A stretch of DNA of 64,000 nt from assembly GCA_013416795.1 (NCBI GenBank), contig RQSC01000007.1, positions 41,516 to 105,515 on the forward strand, written 5' to 3'. The notes under the pieces are model-generated. The model saw nothing but the letters and a program-made list of their open reading frames with translations. It searched no databases and was not told the DNA's origin. Shown one piece after another: positions 1 to 11,300 of the stretch. The stretch's first letter is position 1. Each line of letters begins with the position of its first letter. Position numbers and translations under genes: made by a program. Source of the DNA: Prasinococcaceae sp. CCMP 1430. Its lineage: Eukaryota > Plantae > Prasinodermophyta.

Positions 1-299
1 AGCGCCGCCGCGCCGCGCCGCGCGCTGCGCGCGCTCCCCCACCCCCCCATCCCACCCCGCCCTCGGCCCATCCCCCTGCGCACCCCGCCGCAACAGCAAC
101 AACCGCCGCAGCGCAGCGGCCCCTTTCGCATGCGAACAGACCAACAGACAAAACCACTCGCCCGTGTGTATGTTTATCCACATTTCTAAGCTACAATCGA
201 AGGGGCACCGCTGGAGGGCGTCGCCTTCGGCGTTCGTTCCCCCCCGTCCTCGTGGTTTTTCCCCATCCGGCGCGCTGCGAACCTTTTTGACGTGTGGCG

Positions 300-370
300 C
301 TTTTTTTCTTTTCCCCCTTTTTCTTTTTCTTTTTCTTTTTTCTTTTTTCTTTTTTCTTTTTTCTTTTTGT
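300..370. repeat. T/C-rich low-complexity tract
   Basis: Runs of (TTTTTC/CTTTTT)n upstream of DRC1. They produce spurious poly-Lys and poly-Phe ORFs. Confidence 0.7.
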
Positions 371-595
371 CTGTCCTGTCGGTCGCCGCGTGGGCGTGCG
401 AGGCGCGAAGCGCACTCTGATGCGTTTTGACGTGCACGTGCTCGTGGAGTTTGACCGGACTCGACTACAAAGTATCCCGTGTGTTGTATTGATTTTCGTT
501 TGTTTGCATTGGTGGTGCGGGCGCGGCGCGCGCCGGATGCGGGGCGCCACACGCGTCGCGCCGCGCGCCTGTCACAGAAGGCCAAGCAGCTCGCA

Positions 596-2974
596 ATGTC
601 CAGGCGGCGGGGGGCGGGGGCGATGGAGGAGGCGCTGGTGGCGGAGAACGACCGCGAGGCGCGCATCGCCGCGCGGCGCGAGCGCATCGCGGCGCGGCTC
701 AAGGCGAAGCGGGAGGCCGAGGTGAGGCGGGGGGATAGGGCGAAGGGGGGCGGGCGCCTCGAGAGGCTGGCTGGGAACGGGCGCCCGGAAAAAAAAAAAA
801 AAAACGCGCGCGCGCGCGCGCGCGCGCTCGCGAGCGAGCGAGAGAGAGAGAGAGCGGCCGCGCGGTGGTGAACCTCCTGCCCCCCGACGTCCCTCGTGGA
901 CGTCTCTGGGAATGTTGCGTTTGAGAGTCGTCCGAATCCCACGGACAAGCGCGGGGGTCGTGGCGCAGGCGGAGGGGGGGAGGTGTGCCTCTCCCCTCCC
1001 CTCGCGCGCGCAATTTTCTCGAGCTCTGGTGTGACGAGATGCAGAAAAATGCGCGTGTGCGCGCACGCGCTGACCGCCGCCAACGGCGCGCTCCTCGCCA
1101 CGCGCCCGTTGCGCTCGCAGGGCGGCGATGCAAAGCAGTCGGAGTCGGCGGAGTCGGCCGATGTGGGCAAGGCGCGCGAGCAAATCGCCGCGTCGCGCAA
1201 GCGCGCGACGCGCGTCGCCTCGGACGGGACGCGCGAGGTGACGTCGGTGCGCGTGGCGGCCGACATGCGAGAGTCGCAGCGGCGCACAGAGGAGGAGCTC
1301 AAGCGCCAGGACTTGCGCGCCAGGCTGCTCGCCGAGGCCGAGTACAGCGCGCGCCGCAACGCCGTGGTCGCCATGCGCTGGGCCGACCTCTTCGCCACCG
1401 AGCTTCCGCAGGTGCTCGACGGGCAGATCGCCGCGCAGCGTGCCAACTGCGAGAAGATCATCGCGAGCAAGGAGAAGCTCATCGCGGACATCAAGACCGA
1501 GCTCAAGGCGAAGGACGACGAGTACGATAAGGCGCTCAAGACGCAGGCAAAGGACATAGACACGCTCATCTCAGCCATGGGCAAGCAGTTCCGCGAGCTG
1601 CAGGGCGTATTCGCCGCCGAGCTAGGCGACATCGAGGCGGCCTTCCTGGCGGAGCGCAGCGAGCTCCTCGCGGCCAACAAGGCCGAGATGGCGGCGTTGT
1701 TCGACCGGCGGCGCGCGATGGAGCAGCTTTTCATGGAGAAGACGCAGGCGCGCGCGGAGAAGTACCAAGCGGAGCTCGAGCAGATTCGCGTGGATGACGC
1801 GGAGGAGTACAACATGCTCAAGATCCGCCTCGAGACGGACATCCAGCAGCTGAGCCAGCACCTGGAGACCATGCGCGCCACCTACCAGCTCAACGCGGAG
1901 AAGCTCGAGTACAATTACCGCGTGCTCATCGAGCGCGACAACGAGAATCGCTCGACCATCGTCACGCAGAAGAAGAAGATCGCGCGCCATCGCAGCATCC
2001 TCAGCTCGGTCAAGGAGCGCTACGCGGAGACCGACAAACGCTTCGCCGACGAAAACGCGAAGCTGACGGACGAGTACAGGCGCGTCACAGAGCAGTTCAA
2101 GGAACTTCAGGTCAAGTACCGCCACTTCGAAGGCGCCGACTTGCGCCGCTTTGCCGAGGTCTGGGAGATGAACGAGGAGGAGGTGGCCGAGCTCGTGTCG
2201 AGTGTGCTGCAGGGCGACCGCGTCCTGCACGAGCAGCAGCTGGGCCTGTCGTGGCGGCCGCCGAGCGCGAAGGTGTTCGAGTCGCCGCTGATGGAGCGCG
2301 AGGGCGGCGGTGGCGAGGGCGCTACTGCCGGGACGGACGCGGCGGGGAACGGCGGCAGCAATGGAGGGAGCGGCGAGTCACTGGTGGCCAGCATGTCACC
2401 CGAGTACGCCGCCATTTCGCGAGTGGTGTGCAATGAGGCGGGCTTCCTGGTGGACGCCAAGGTGCGCGCGGCGCTGGCGGGTCTCACGGGCACCGAGCGC
2501 GAGAACGCGCGCGCAGACGCGGTGCTGCGATGCCTGGGAGTGACGGACACCTCGAGGATGGACAAGCTCGTGTCGATCATCACGGAGGGCTCGGCCGATG
2601 GCACGAGCGTGGACCTCGATCAGCTGTTGCCGCGCCTGCGCGCGTTCTGCGAGGCGGAGCAGGGCGCCACGGGCGCGCTTCCCGAAAGCTCGGCGGCGGC
2701 GCGCGGCGTTCCGCGCGAGAGCGCGCTGCGGGCCACGGAGCGCGAGCACTGGCGGCGGCTGGCCAACGTGGTGAGCGAGCGCATGTACCGCATATGGGGC
2801 GCGCTGGAGAAGGCCATGCTGCAGTACAACGCTCTTTTGATGAAGAGGCACTCCTCGCTGGAGTCGACTGAGCACCTGCAGAAGCAGAACGACGAGCTCC
2901 GCGCGCTTCTCACCCAGTACCTCAGCAACAAGGTCAACGAGGAGCTGCGGGTGCCGCCCGCCAGCCTCATGTGA
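596..2974 (+). CDS. DRC1: Dynein regulatory complex subunit 1 (CCDC164); join(596..721,1121..2974)
   Basis: Exon 1 encodes MSRRRGAGAMEEALVAENDREARIAARRERIAARL. A phase-0 intron spans 722-1120 (GTGAGG donor, CTGAC branch, GCAG acceptor). The long coiled coil has DRC1-type segments (ELKAKDDEYDKALK, YNMLKIRLETDIQ, YQLNAEKLEYNYRVL, C-terminal QNDELRALLTQYL..VNEELRVPP). Confidence 0.88.
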
Positions 2975-3433
2975 GCAAGCGTCGCCCCGGCCGTCGCGCG
3001 ATGTACCATATAATCTGACATGATATTTATACATCATTCTCACCCACGGCGTAGTCCCCTCACGCCACGTCAAATCGCACCCGCCTCGCGGGCGCCCCGC
3101 GCGCCGCGGAGCGCGTGCGTTTCGACCTCCTCCGGCGCGCGCATGCGTTTCGATGGCGCCCAGCCTTGTGTGGCGCTCGGTGCGCGCGCCCTCGCATGCA
3201 CGCGAAATGCTACAATCTGTGAAAAATTGACATATGATCGAATTCAAGAGCTCTGACGTGAAGTTTTATTCCGTCTTCCGTAATGTGCGCGGAGGGCGGA
3301 TAAAGTGCCCCGATACCCGGCGGCTCCGCCGCTGCGCGCCGAGCTGCGGCGCCACAGACGCCTCGCGCGCCGCCCGGAGCGCCCCCAAGCGCGCCCAGCG
3401 GCCTCCGGCCCCTTTCCTTTTCCCCCGCCGGAG

Positions 3434-4851
3434 CGGCCATGCTCTTTCGCGTCGGCGTCGGCCGCCGAGGCGGCCGCGCTGCCCGACGCGCCGCAGCTGC
3501 CGCACCTCGTGCAGGCCATCGCCGACGCCAAGGAGCAGGGCACGTTCAAGGCGGAGCGCGTGATCTCGTCGCCGCAGCGCGCGCGCGTCTCCGTGGAGGG
3601 AAGCAGCTCGAAGGTGCTCAACATGTGCGCCAACAACTACCTGGGCTACTGCGACCACCCCGAGCTCATCGAGGCCGCGCGCAAGGCGCTCGACACGCAC
3701 GGCGTGGGTCTGTCCTCGGTGCGCTTCATCTGCGGCACGCAGGACCTGCACAAGGAGCTGGAGGCCATCATCTCCAAGTTCCACCACACCGACGACACAA
3801 TCCTGTACCCCAGCTGCTTCGACGCCAACGCGGGGCTCTTCGAGGCCATTCTCACCAAGGAGGACGCCATCCTGTCGGACGCCCTCAACCACGCGAGCAT
3901 CATCGATGGCGTGCGCCTGTGCAAGGCGCGCCGCATGCGCTACGAGCACAACGACATGGCCGCCCTGGAGGCCGCGCTCATTGAGTCGCGCGATGCCCGC
4001 GTTCGCCTCATCGCCACCGACAGCGTCTTCAGCATGGACGGCGACGTGGCGCCGCTCAAGGAGATCGTGCGCCTCGCGCGCAAGCACGACGCGCTGGTGA
4101 TGATCGACGAGTGCCACGCCACGGGCGTCCTCGGTGACAGCGGCATCGGCGCCACGGAGGCGTGCGATGTGCTCGGGCAGGTGGACATCATCAACTCGAC
4201 GCTCGGCAAGGCTATGGGCGGCGCGAGCGGCGGCTTCACCACTGGCCGCCAGGACGTCGTCGACGTGCTGCGCCAGAAGGCGCGCCCGTACCTCTTCTCC
4301 AACACCATCGCGCCGCCTCTGGTCGCCGCCGCCACCAAGGCGTTCGAGCTGCTCATGGCCGACCCCGCGCCGCTTGTGCAGCTCAAGTCCAACGCCGCCC
4401 TCTTCCGCTCGAGGCTTGAGGAGGCGGGTTTCGAGCTCAAGCCGGGCAACACTGCCATCGTGCCGGTGATGCTCCACGACGCTGCGCTCGCCACGAAGAT
4501 GGCGGCGCTGCTGCTGCAGAAGGGCGTGTACGGTGCGTGCCGAACGCTCGCGAGCGCGCGTGCAAGACGCGCGCGCGTTCGCTCCGCGCGCGCGCGAACT
4601 TATTGCAACATCCGCGGCGCCTCGCTGACGCGGCTGCGCTCGTCCCCGCGTGTGCGTGCCCACGTGCGCGCGCATCGCCCGACGCGCCTCGCGCTGCCGC
4701 GCATACAGTCATTGGCTTCTCGTACCCCGTGGTGCCCATGGGGGCCGCGCGCATCCGCGCGCAGGTCAGCGCTGCGCATTCGGAGGCCGACATCAACTTC
4801 GCCGCCGACATGTTCATCGAGTCGGGCAGGGAGCTGGGCGTCATCTCGTGA
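3434..4851 (+). CDS. kbl: 2-amino-3-ketobutyrate CoA ligase (glycine C-acetyltransferase), PLP class II aminotransferase; intron 4533..4708; 5' start unresolved
   Basis: Motifs [62 protein letters not shown] (PLP Lys) and RPYLFSN. The phase-1 intron GTGCGT..ATACAG restores [22 protein letters not shown]. There is no in-frame ATG before the conserved domain. Confidence 0.93.
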
Positions 4852-5086
4852 GCGGCACGGGCGAGTCGCGCGTTTTTGAGCTACCGAGCTGCGAGCGTTT
4901 TGAGAGCTCGCGCGAAGGCCAATGCGAGGCGGCGAGTTGTTTGCTAGAGGCTAGTAGAGTAACAAGGAGAGCTGCTGCTCGCGAGGAGACATTTACAAAG
5001 GCAGTTGGCCACTGCGGCCACGTGCGTGCATGTGCGCCAAACAGAACAATAGGAAAGAATCGCCGGCATCGCGGGGGCTGTGGGAC

Positions 5087-6264
5087 CTACGCCGTGGCCA
5101 CCATCGGCGTAGTGCCGTCTACGCTCTCGGGAAATTCTAGCTCGGTCGCCTTCGTGAGGTCCGGGCGCAACTCCTTCACCATGTCGTCCGCCATCGCGTC
5201 GATGTCGTACTCCGGCTCCCAGTCCCAGTCGGCCGCCGCGAGCGAGTCGTCGATTGATTGCGGCCACGTCTCCGCAATGGCCTGACGGAAGTCGGGCGTG
5301 TATTCCACCTCGAGGTTCGGCACGTGGCGCCGTATGCTGGTGGCGAGCTCCGCGGGCGTGAAGCTCATCGCTGTAATATTGTACACGCAGCGGGAGAGGC
5401 GCTCGCGCGGCGCCTCCATGAGCTCAACCGTGGCCCGCAGGCAGTCGGGCATGTACATCATCGGGAGCGCAGTGTCCTTTTGCAGGAAGCACTGGTAGTG
5501 CCCCTTGCTCAGGCTCTCGTGGAAGATGTCCACCGCATAGTCTGTGGTGCCGCCGCCGGGCGGCGCCTTGGATGAGATGATGCCCGGGTAGCGCAGCGAG
5601 CGGAAGTCCACGCCGAACGCCCTGTGGTAGTAGTTGCCGAGCAACTCGAGGTGCACCTTCTGCAGGCGCACGTGTTCGCGAGCGCAGTTGTGGCGGCAGG
5701 GCGCATTTTTGCGTCAGCCGGCCTCGAGCGCGAGCGCGTCATCGTCGGGCGCGTCGGAGCGCCGCGCCTGCTCAGCCTCGCGCGCGCCACGCGCTGCTCG
5801 CGCACCGTCACGCCATACATGGTGGTGGGCTGCATGATGGTGTCCTCAGGCGTGGAGACCTTCGGGGTGGACTCGCCGAACACGGCAATGGTTGAGGGCG
5901 AGTACACGCGCAGCGAGTGCAGCCGCGCGAGCTCCAGCACGTGCTGGATGCCCGCAGTGTTGATCTTGAGCGCGAGCTGCGGGTTGCGCTCGCCGACGGC
6001 CGACAGCAGGCTGGCGAGGTGCACCACCGAGTCGATGCCGTTCTCGAGTATGACCCGCGCGAGCGAGTCGTAGTCCTGCACGTCGCAGTACACGAAGTGG
6101 CCCCCGTCCCTGCCCTTGCTCGGCATGCGCACGTCCGACGCGACGACGTTGTCCGCGCCGTAGCGCTCGCGCAGGTGCGCGGTCAGCTCGCCGCCAATCT
6201 GGCCCGCCGCGCCCGTCACGAGCACGCGCTGGCCACCGCTGCTGCTCCCCCCGGCCACCGGCAT
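5087..6264 (-). CDS. tdh: L-threonine 3-dehydrogenase, SDR/epimerase type; complement(join(5087..5659,5806..6264)); start may lie further upstream
   Basis: Motifs [12 protein letters not shown] (Rossmann), [29 protein letters not shown], spliced [17 protein letters not shown] (YxxxK), [29 protein letters not shown] and [11 protein letters not shown]. All are typical of SDR-type TDH. Phase-0 intron at 5660-5805. Confidence 0.92.
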
Positions 6265-6347
6265 GCCCGTGCCGAAGTAGCCGCCCGGCGACTGCGGCGA
6301 CGCGGCTGCGGCCGCCGCGGTGCCGAGCGCCCTCGCCGTCCCCGCCG

Positions 6348-6350
<3 letters not shown>

Positions 6351-6405
<55 letters not shown>
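6351..6405. repeat. (CA)n microsatellite, about 27 units
   Basis: Perfect AC dinucleotide run just upstream of the tdh coding region. Confidence 0.97.
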
Positions 6406-6408
<3 letters not shown>

Positions 6409-6866
6409 CGCCCCGCCCCTGCGCAGCGCGCGCTCGCGCGCACCCGCGCGCGCCGGCGCACCCGTCGCTTTCTTTTTTCCCGCCTCCGGCATTTCGCAAC
6501 CGCGGGAACCTCCGAGCGGATGGCCCTTCCAGAAACAAATGGGAATGAAATAATCTATATACATCAATCCACATGTCAAAACCTCGGCATAGCGTCTGCA
6601 ATTATTGTACAATTGGAAAATATGGAGACGACGGAAAGAGCTTTGGTGGTACATTCGAACCGCGCGTCTCGGAGAATTCGAACACGAGCACGAGGGGGGC
6701 AATGCGAAGAAGGGACTCCGCGACGTTCCCCGAAGCACTGGGTTCGGACTCGAGGGTGGAGGTGGCGGCCGGGGTGGCGACCGACCGCGCGCGCGCGCAG
6801 GCGCGCAGGCGCGCCAGTGCGCTGGGCGCGCTGCGTGCGCACTGCGCACGCCGCACACTTTTGCTG

Positions 6867-7954
6867 TCAGCGCCCCTCCTCCTGCGGCCTCGCGCGCACC
6901 ACGGTGGAGGCGTCCACGCCGTATCTCACGACGGGCGCCCCCCGCGCCCGCGAGGGCGGGTGGGCCACCTCCTTGAGGTCAAGCGCGCCGTCCGCGCCGA
7001 CGTATTGCACGACGTGCGCCTTGCTCGCGCCCTCGCCCTCGCGCACCACCACCACGTCGCCCTGGCGCACGTCCCCGCCTGGGGTGACGGCGGCGCGGTC
7101 GAGCGCCGCAGCCGTCGCGCGCCGCTGGGCCTCGCGCGCGCTCATGGGCTCGTCGCGCGCGCCGCGGCCCCGCCGGCTTCTACCGCCACCGTCACCACCG
7201 CTCGCGCTGCCTCGGGACGACCCGCCACCTGTGAGCTTTGCAAACAGCGCCGCCGACGCCGCCAGTACCATGGTCGCGCGGCACGCGACCCGCGCGACTT
7301 TGAGCCCGCTGCCGAGGAGTGCCGACGCTCTCGACGCGAACGCCCTGAGCCACCCGTCGCCCTCGCCAGAGGCCAAGCCGAGGAGCCACGCAACCAGCGC
7401 GAGCGCCGCGCCGCAGGCCATTGCGCTCCCAAGTGCGATCGCCAGCTCGATCACGAACGACACCACCGTAAGGGGCAGCGCGACGATCGGCATGATGAGG
7501 ATCGCGAAGAACATGTGGCCGACGGCGTCCTGCCAGGTGGTCGAACGGCGCTCGAGCATCGGTCGCATCATCGCATACGTGCGCGCCGTCACACGCCCGC
7601 CGAATTGCGGCATGCACGCGGCCATGACCGTCAGCCCCCCCGCGTCCAACGCCAGCAGCGATGCGCGCTTGGTCAAGTTGAGCACCCCCAGCAGCAGTGG
7701 GCCGAACGCGAGCTGTACGAACAGCGAGTCTCCGAAGTCGCTATCGCCTCCGGGGGAGCCCGGGAGGCCCCCGCGTCCGCCCCCGCCGTTCCCCCGGCCG
7801 CCACTCCCACCGCATCTGTTGCAGCCGCCGCCGCCCACGACCGCATTACCCTCGCCGCGCTCGCCGCCGAGCCCTGCATGCGTGCCCGCCGCGCTGGCCG
7901 GCGCACCCGCTCGCGCGCGCCCTCCGCCCTCCCCCTCTTCTTCCTGTCCCTCGC
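6867..7954 (-). CDS. Hypothetical multi-pass membrane protein with Gly-rich linker and small C-terminal beta-rich domain; 5' end runs into N gap
   Basis: The frame is open from the gap to the TGA at 6867. It has a Gly-rich segment (GGSGGRGNGGGGRGG), hydrophobic helices (FFAILIMPIVALPLTVVSFVIELAIALGSAMACGAALALVAWLLGL) and the C-terminus RQGDVVVVREG...YGVDASTVVRAR. Confidence 0.5.
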
Positions 7955-8257
7955 NNNNNNNNNNNNNNNNNNNNNNNNNNNNNNNNNNNNNNNNNNNNNN
8001 NNNNNNNNNNNNNNNNNNNNNNNNNNNNNNNNNNNNNNNNNNNNNNNNNNNNNNNNNNNNNNNNNNNNNNNNNNNNNNNNNNNNNNNNNNNNNNNNNNNN
8101 NNNNNNNNNNNNNNNNNNNNNNNNNNNNNNNNNNNNNNNNNNNNNNNNNNNNNNNNNNNNNNNNNNNNNNNNNNNNNNNNNNNNNNNNNNNNNNNNNNNN
8201 NNNNNNNNNNNNNNNNNNNNNNNNNNNNNNNNNNNNNNNNNNNNNNNNNNNNNNNNN
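7955..8257. other. Assembly gap (303 N)
   Basis: N run in the divergent promoter region upstream of TOP2. Confidence 1.
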
Positions 8258-8382
8258 CTGCGGCGCGCCGCGCCGCTCCGCGCACGCGGGAGCGAGGGAG
8301 AGAAGGGAGAGCCGCGCGGCGCGCGGCGTCCGCCGCCCGACTCAGCCGGCCAGCGCCCGCCGCGCCGCGCGCGCCGCCGGCC

Positions 8383-11300
8383 ATGTCGGACGTCGACATG
8401 GACAGCGACTTCTGCCCGTCGCCCTCGCCGATCAAGGCCCAGGGCAAGGCGGCGAAGCAGCCGCTCGGCGAGGCGACCAACGCCGGGAAGGCCAAGGGCA
8501 GGGCCATCGAAGAGACGTACAAGAAGCTCTCGCAGCTTGAGCACATCCTGCTGCGCCCCGACACGTACGTTGGCTCGGTGGAGAAGCAGCAGGCCATGCT
8601 GTGGGTGCACGACGGCGGGGAGGGCTTCACGCAGCGCCAGGTGACGTACGTGCCCGGCCTGTACAAGATTTTCGACGAGATCATCGTCAACGCCGCAGAC
8701 AACAAGATGCGCGATGACAGCATGGACGGTTTCAAGGTGAGCGACGCGCGCCGCGAGCAGCAGGCCGGCGGGTCGCGGGCGCCCCGCTGAATCGCTGCAG
8801 AGCGCGCCTCGCGAGCGCCGTCCCTCCTCGTCCCGCTGCCGGACTGACTCGGAGCGGCCGCGCCGCGTGCTCCATTTGGTCTACGCGCTTTGCCCTTCTC
8901 CGCGCGCCGCGCTTCGCCTCGACAGGTCGACATCGACCAGGAGGCGGGCACCATCAAGGTTTGGAACAACGGCAACGGCCTGCCCGTGGAGATGCACAAA
9001 GACATGGGCGTGTATGTGCCCGAGATGATCTTCGGCAACCTGCTGACGTCGTCCAACTACAACGACTCCGAGAAGAAGGTCGTCGGCGGCCGCAACGGCT
9101 ACGGCGCCAAGCTCGCGAACATCTTCTCCACCGAGTTCATCGTCGAGACGGCCGATGGCTCGCGCGAGAAGAAGTACCGCCAGGTGTTCAGCAACAACAT
9201 GCAGGACAAGTCCAAGCCGAAGATCACCAAGTGCAAGGCCAGCGACAACTGGACGTGCATCACCTTCACGCCCGATCTTTCCAAGTTCGGGATGGACTCG
9301 CTCGACGACGACACCGTCGCGCTCATGCGCAAGCGCGTGTACGACGTGGCGGGCTGCATCGGCGCGCGCGGCGTCAAGGTGCACCTCAACGGCACGCGCC
9401 TGCCCATCAAGACCTTCCAGCAGTATGTTGGCGAGTACTTCAAGGGCGTCGAGGATCCGCCCAAGGTCTTCTACGAGCGCGTGAACGACCGCTGGGAGGT
9501 GGCCATCACCGCCAGCACCGAAGGCCAGGCGCAGCAGGTTAGCTTCGTCAACTCCATCAACACCATCAAGGGCGGCACCCACGTGAACAACGTGGCCGAC
9601 AAGGTGGCGGCCAAGCTCCTCGAGCACATCAACAAGAAGCACAAGAAGCAAAACGTCAAGGCGTTTCAGATCAAAAACCACACCTGGGTGTTCGTGAACG
9701 CGCTCATCGAGAACCCGGCCTTCGACTCGCAGTGCAAGGAGACGCTCACCACCAAGGCCTCCGCCTTCGGGTCGCGCTGCGACATGTCGGATGATTTCTT
9801 CAAGAAGCTCACCAAATGCGCCATTGTCGACAACGTGCTCATGTGGGCGACGTTCAAGGCCAACAAGGACATGAAGAAGAACGACGGCGCCAAGAAGTCC
9901 CGCCTCCTCGGCGTTCCCAAGCTCGACGACGCCAACGACGCCGGCACGCGCAACAGCCAGAAGTGCACGCTCATCCTCACCGAGGGTGACTCCGCCAAGG
10001 CGCTCGCCATTTCGGGACTCAGCGTGGTCGGGCGCGACCACTACGGCGTGTTCCCGCTGCGCGGCAAGCTTCTCAACGTGCGCGATGCGGCGCCCAAGCA
10101 GATCATGGACAACGCCGAGATCTCCAACATCAAGAAGATCCTCGGGCTGCAGCAGAACAAGGTGTACGAGGACACCAAGGCGCTGCGCTACGGCTCGGTG
10201 ATGATCATGACCGATCAGGATCACGACGGCAGCCACATCAAGGGTCTCCTGATCAACTTCCTGCACAAGTTCTGGCCCAGCCTCCTCAAGATCCCCGACT
10301 TCCTCGTCGAGTTCATCACGCCGATCGTCAAGGCCACGAAGGGGAGGCAGTCGCAGATTTTCTACACGATGCCCGAGTACGAGACTTGGAAGGAGGAGCT
10401 CGGCGGCAGCACAAAGGGCTGGTCCATCAAGTACTACAAGGGTCTTGGTACCTCGACGGCCGCCGAGGCCAAGGAGTACTTCGCGGACATCGACCAGCAC
10501 CGCAAGCCCTTCGTGTACGAGGATCACCTCGACGACGAGTGCATCGATATGGCCTTCTCCAAGAAGAAGGTCGACGAGCGCAAGCAGTGGCTGAGCAACT
10601 GCAAGCCGGGCACCTACCTGGACATGAGCGTGGACACCATCAAGTACTCCGAATTTATCAACAAGGAGCTCATCCTGTTCTCGCTCGCCGACCTGCAGCG
10701 CTCGATCCCCAGCATGGTTGACGGCCTCAAGCCCGGCCAGCGCAAGATCATGTTCTGCGCCTTCAAGCGCAAGCTCAAGAGCGACATCAAGGTGGCGCAG
10801 CTCGCCGGCTACGTCTCCGAACACTCGGCCTACCACCACGGCGAGGCCAGCCTGGCGTCGACCATCGTGGGCCTCGCGCAGAACTTCGTGGGCAACAACA
10901 ACGTGGCCTTGCTCGTCCCGAGCGGCCAGTTCGGCACTCGCCTGCAGGGCGGCAAGGACTGCGCGTCGCCGCGTTACATCTTCACGCGCCTCAGCCCGCT
11001 CGCGCGCGCAGTGATGCCCGAAGCGGACGACGCGCTGCTTGACTTCCTGTCGGAGGACGGCCAGAAGATCGAACCAACCTGGTACATGCCCACCCTCCCC
11101 ACCGTGCTGGTCAACGGTGCCGACGGCATCGGCACCGGCTGGTCGACCTTCGTGCCGAACTACAACCCGCTCGACCTCATCGGCAACATCCGCCGCATGC
11201 TGCGCGACGAGCCGACGGTGCCCATGGTGCCCTGGTACCGCGGCTTCGAGGGCACCGTCGAGCCCGCGGGGGGCAAGGCCAAGGAGTTCGGCGAGAGCTT

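Noticed and set aside
164-725. Short poly-Phe and poly-Lys ORFs
   Set aside because: They are translations of a T/C low-complexity tract with no domain signal.
896-1120. N-terminal 75 aa of the 692-aa ORF
   Set aside because: This is DRC1 intron 1 sequence; the true exon 1 is 596-721.
3266-4675. 469-aa antisense ORF over kbl
   Set aside because: It is a shadow ORF caused by high GC3 codon bias on the sense strand.
3434-6264. Bacterial contamination explaining kbl/tdh or the DUF2256 pair
   Set aside because: kbl and tdh carry spliceosomal introns. All these genes are contiguous with intron-containing eukaryotic genes and share their codon style.
5917-8790. 957-aa and other ORFs spanning the N gap
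   Set aside because: They are artefacts of translation through Ns and antisense frames; the gap length is only an estimate.
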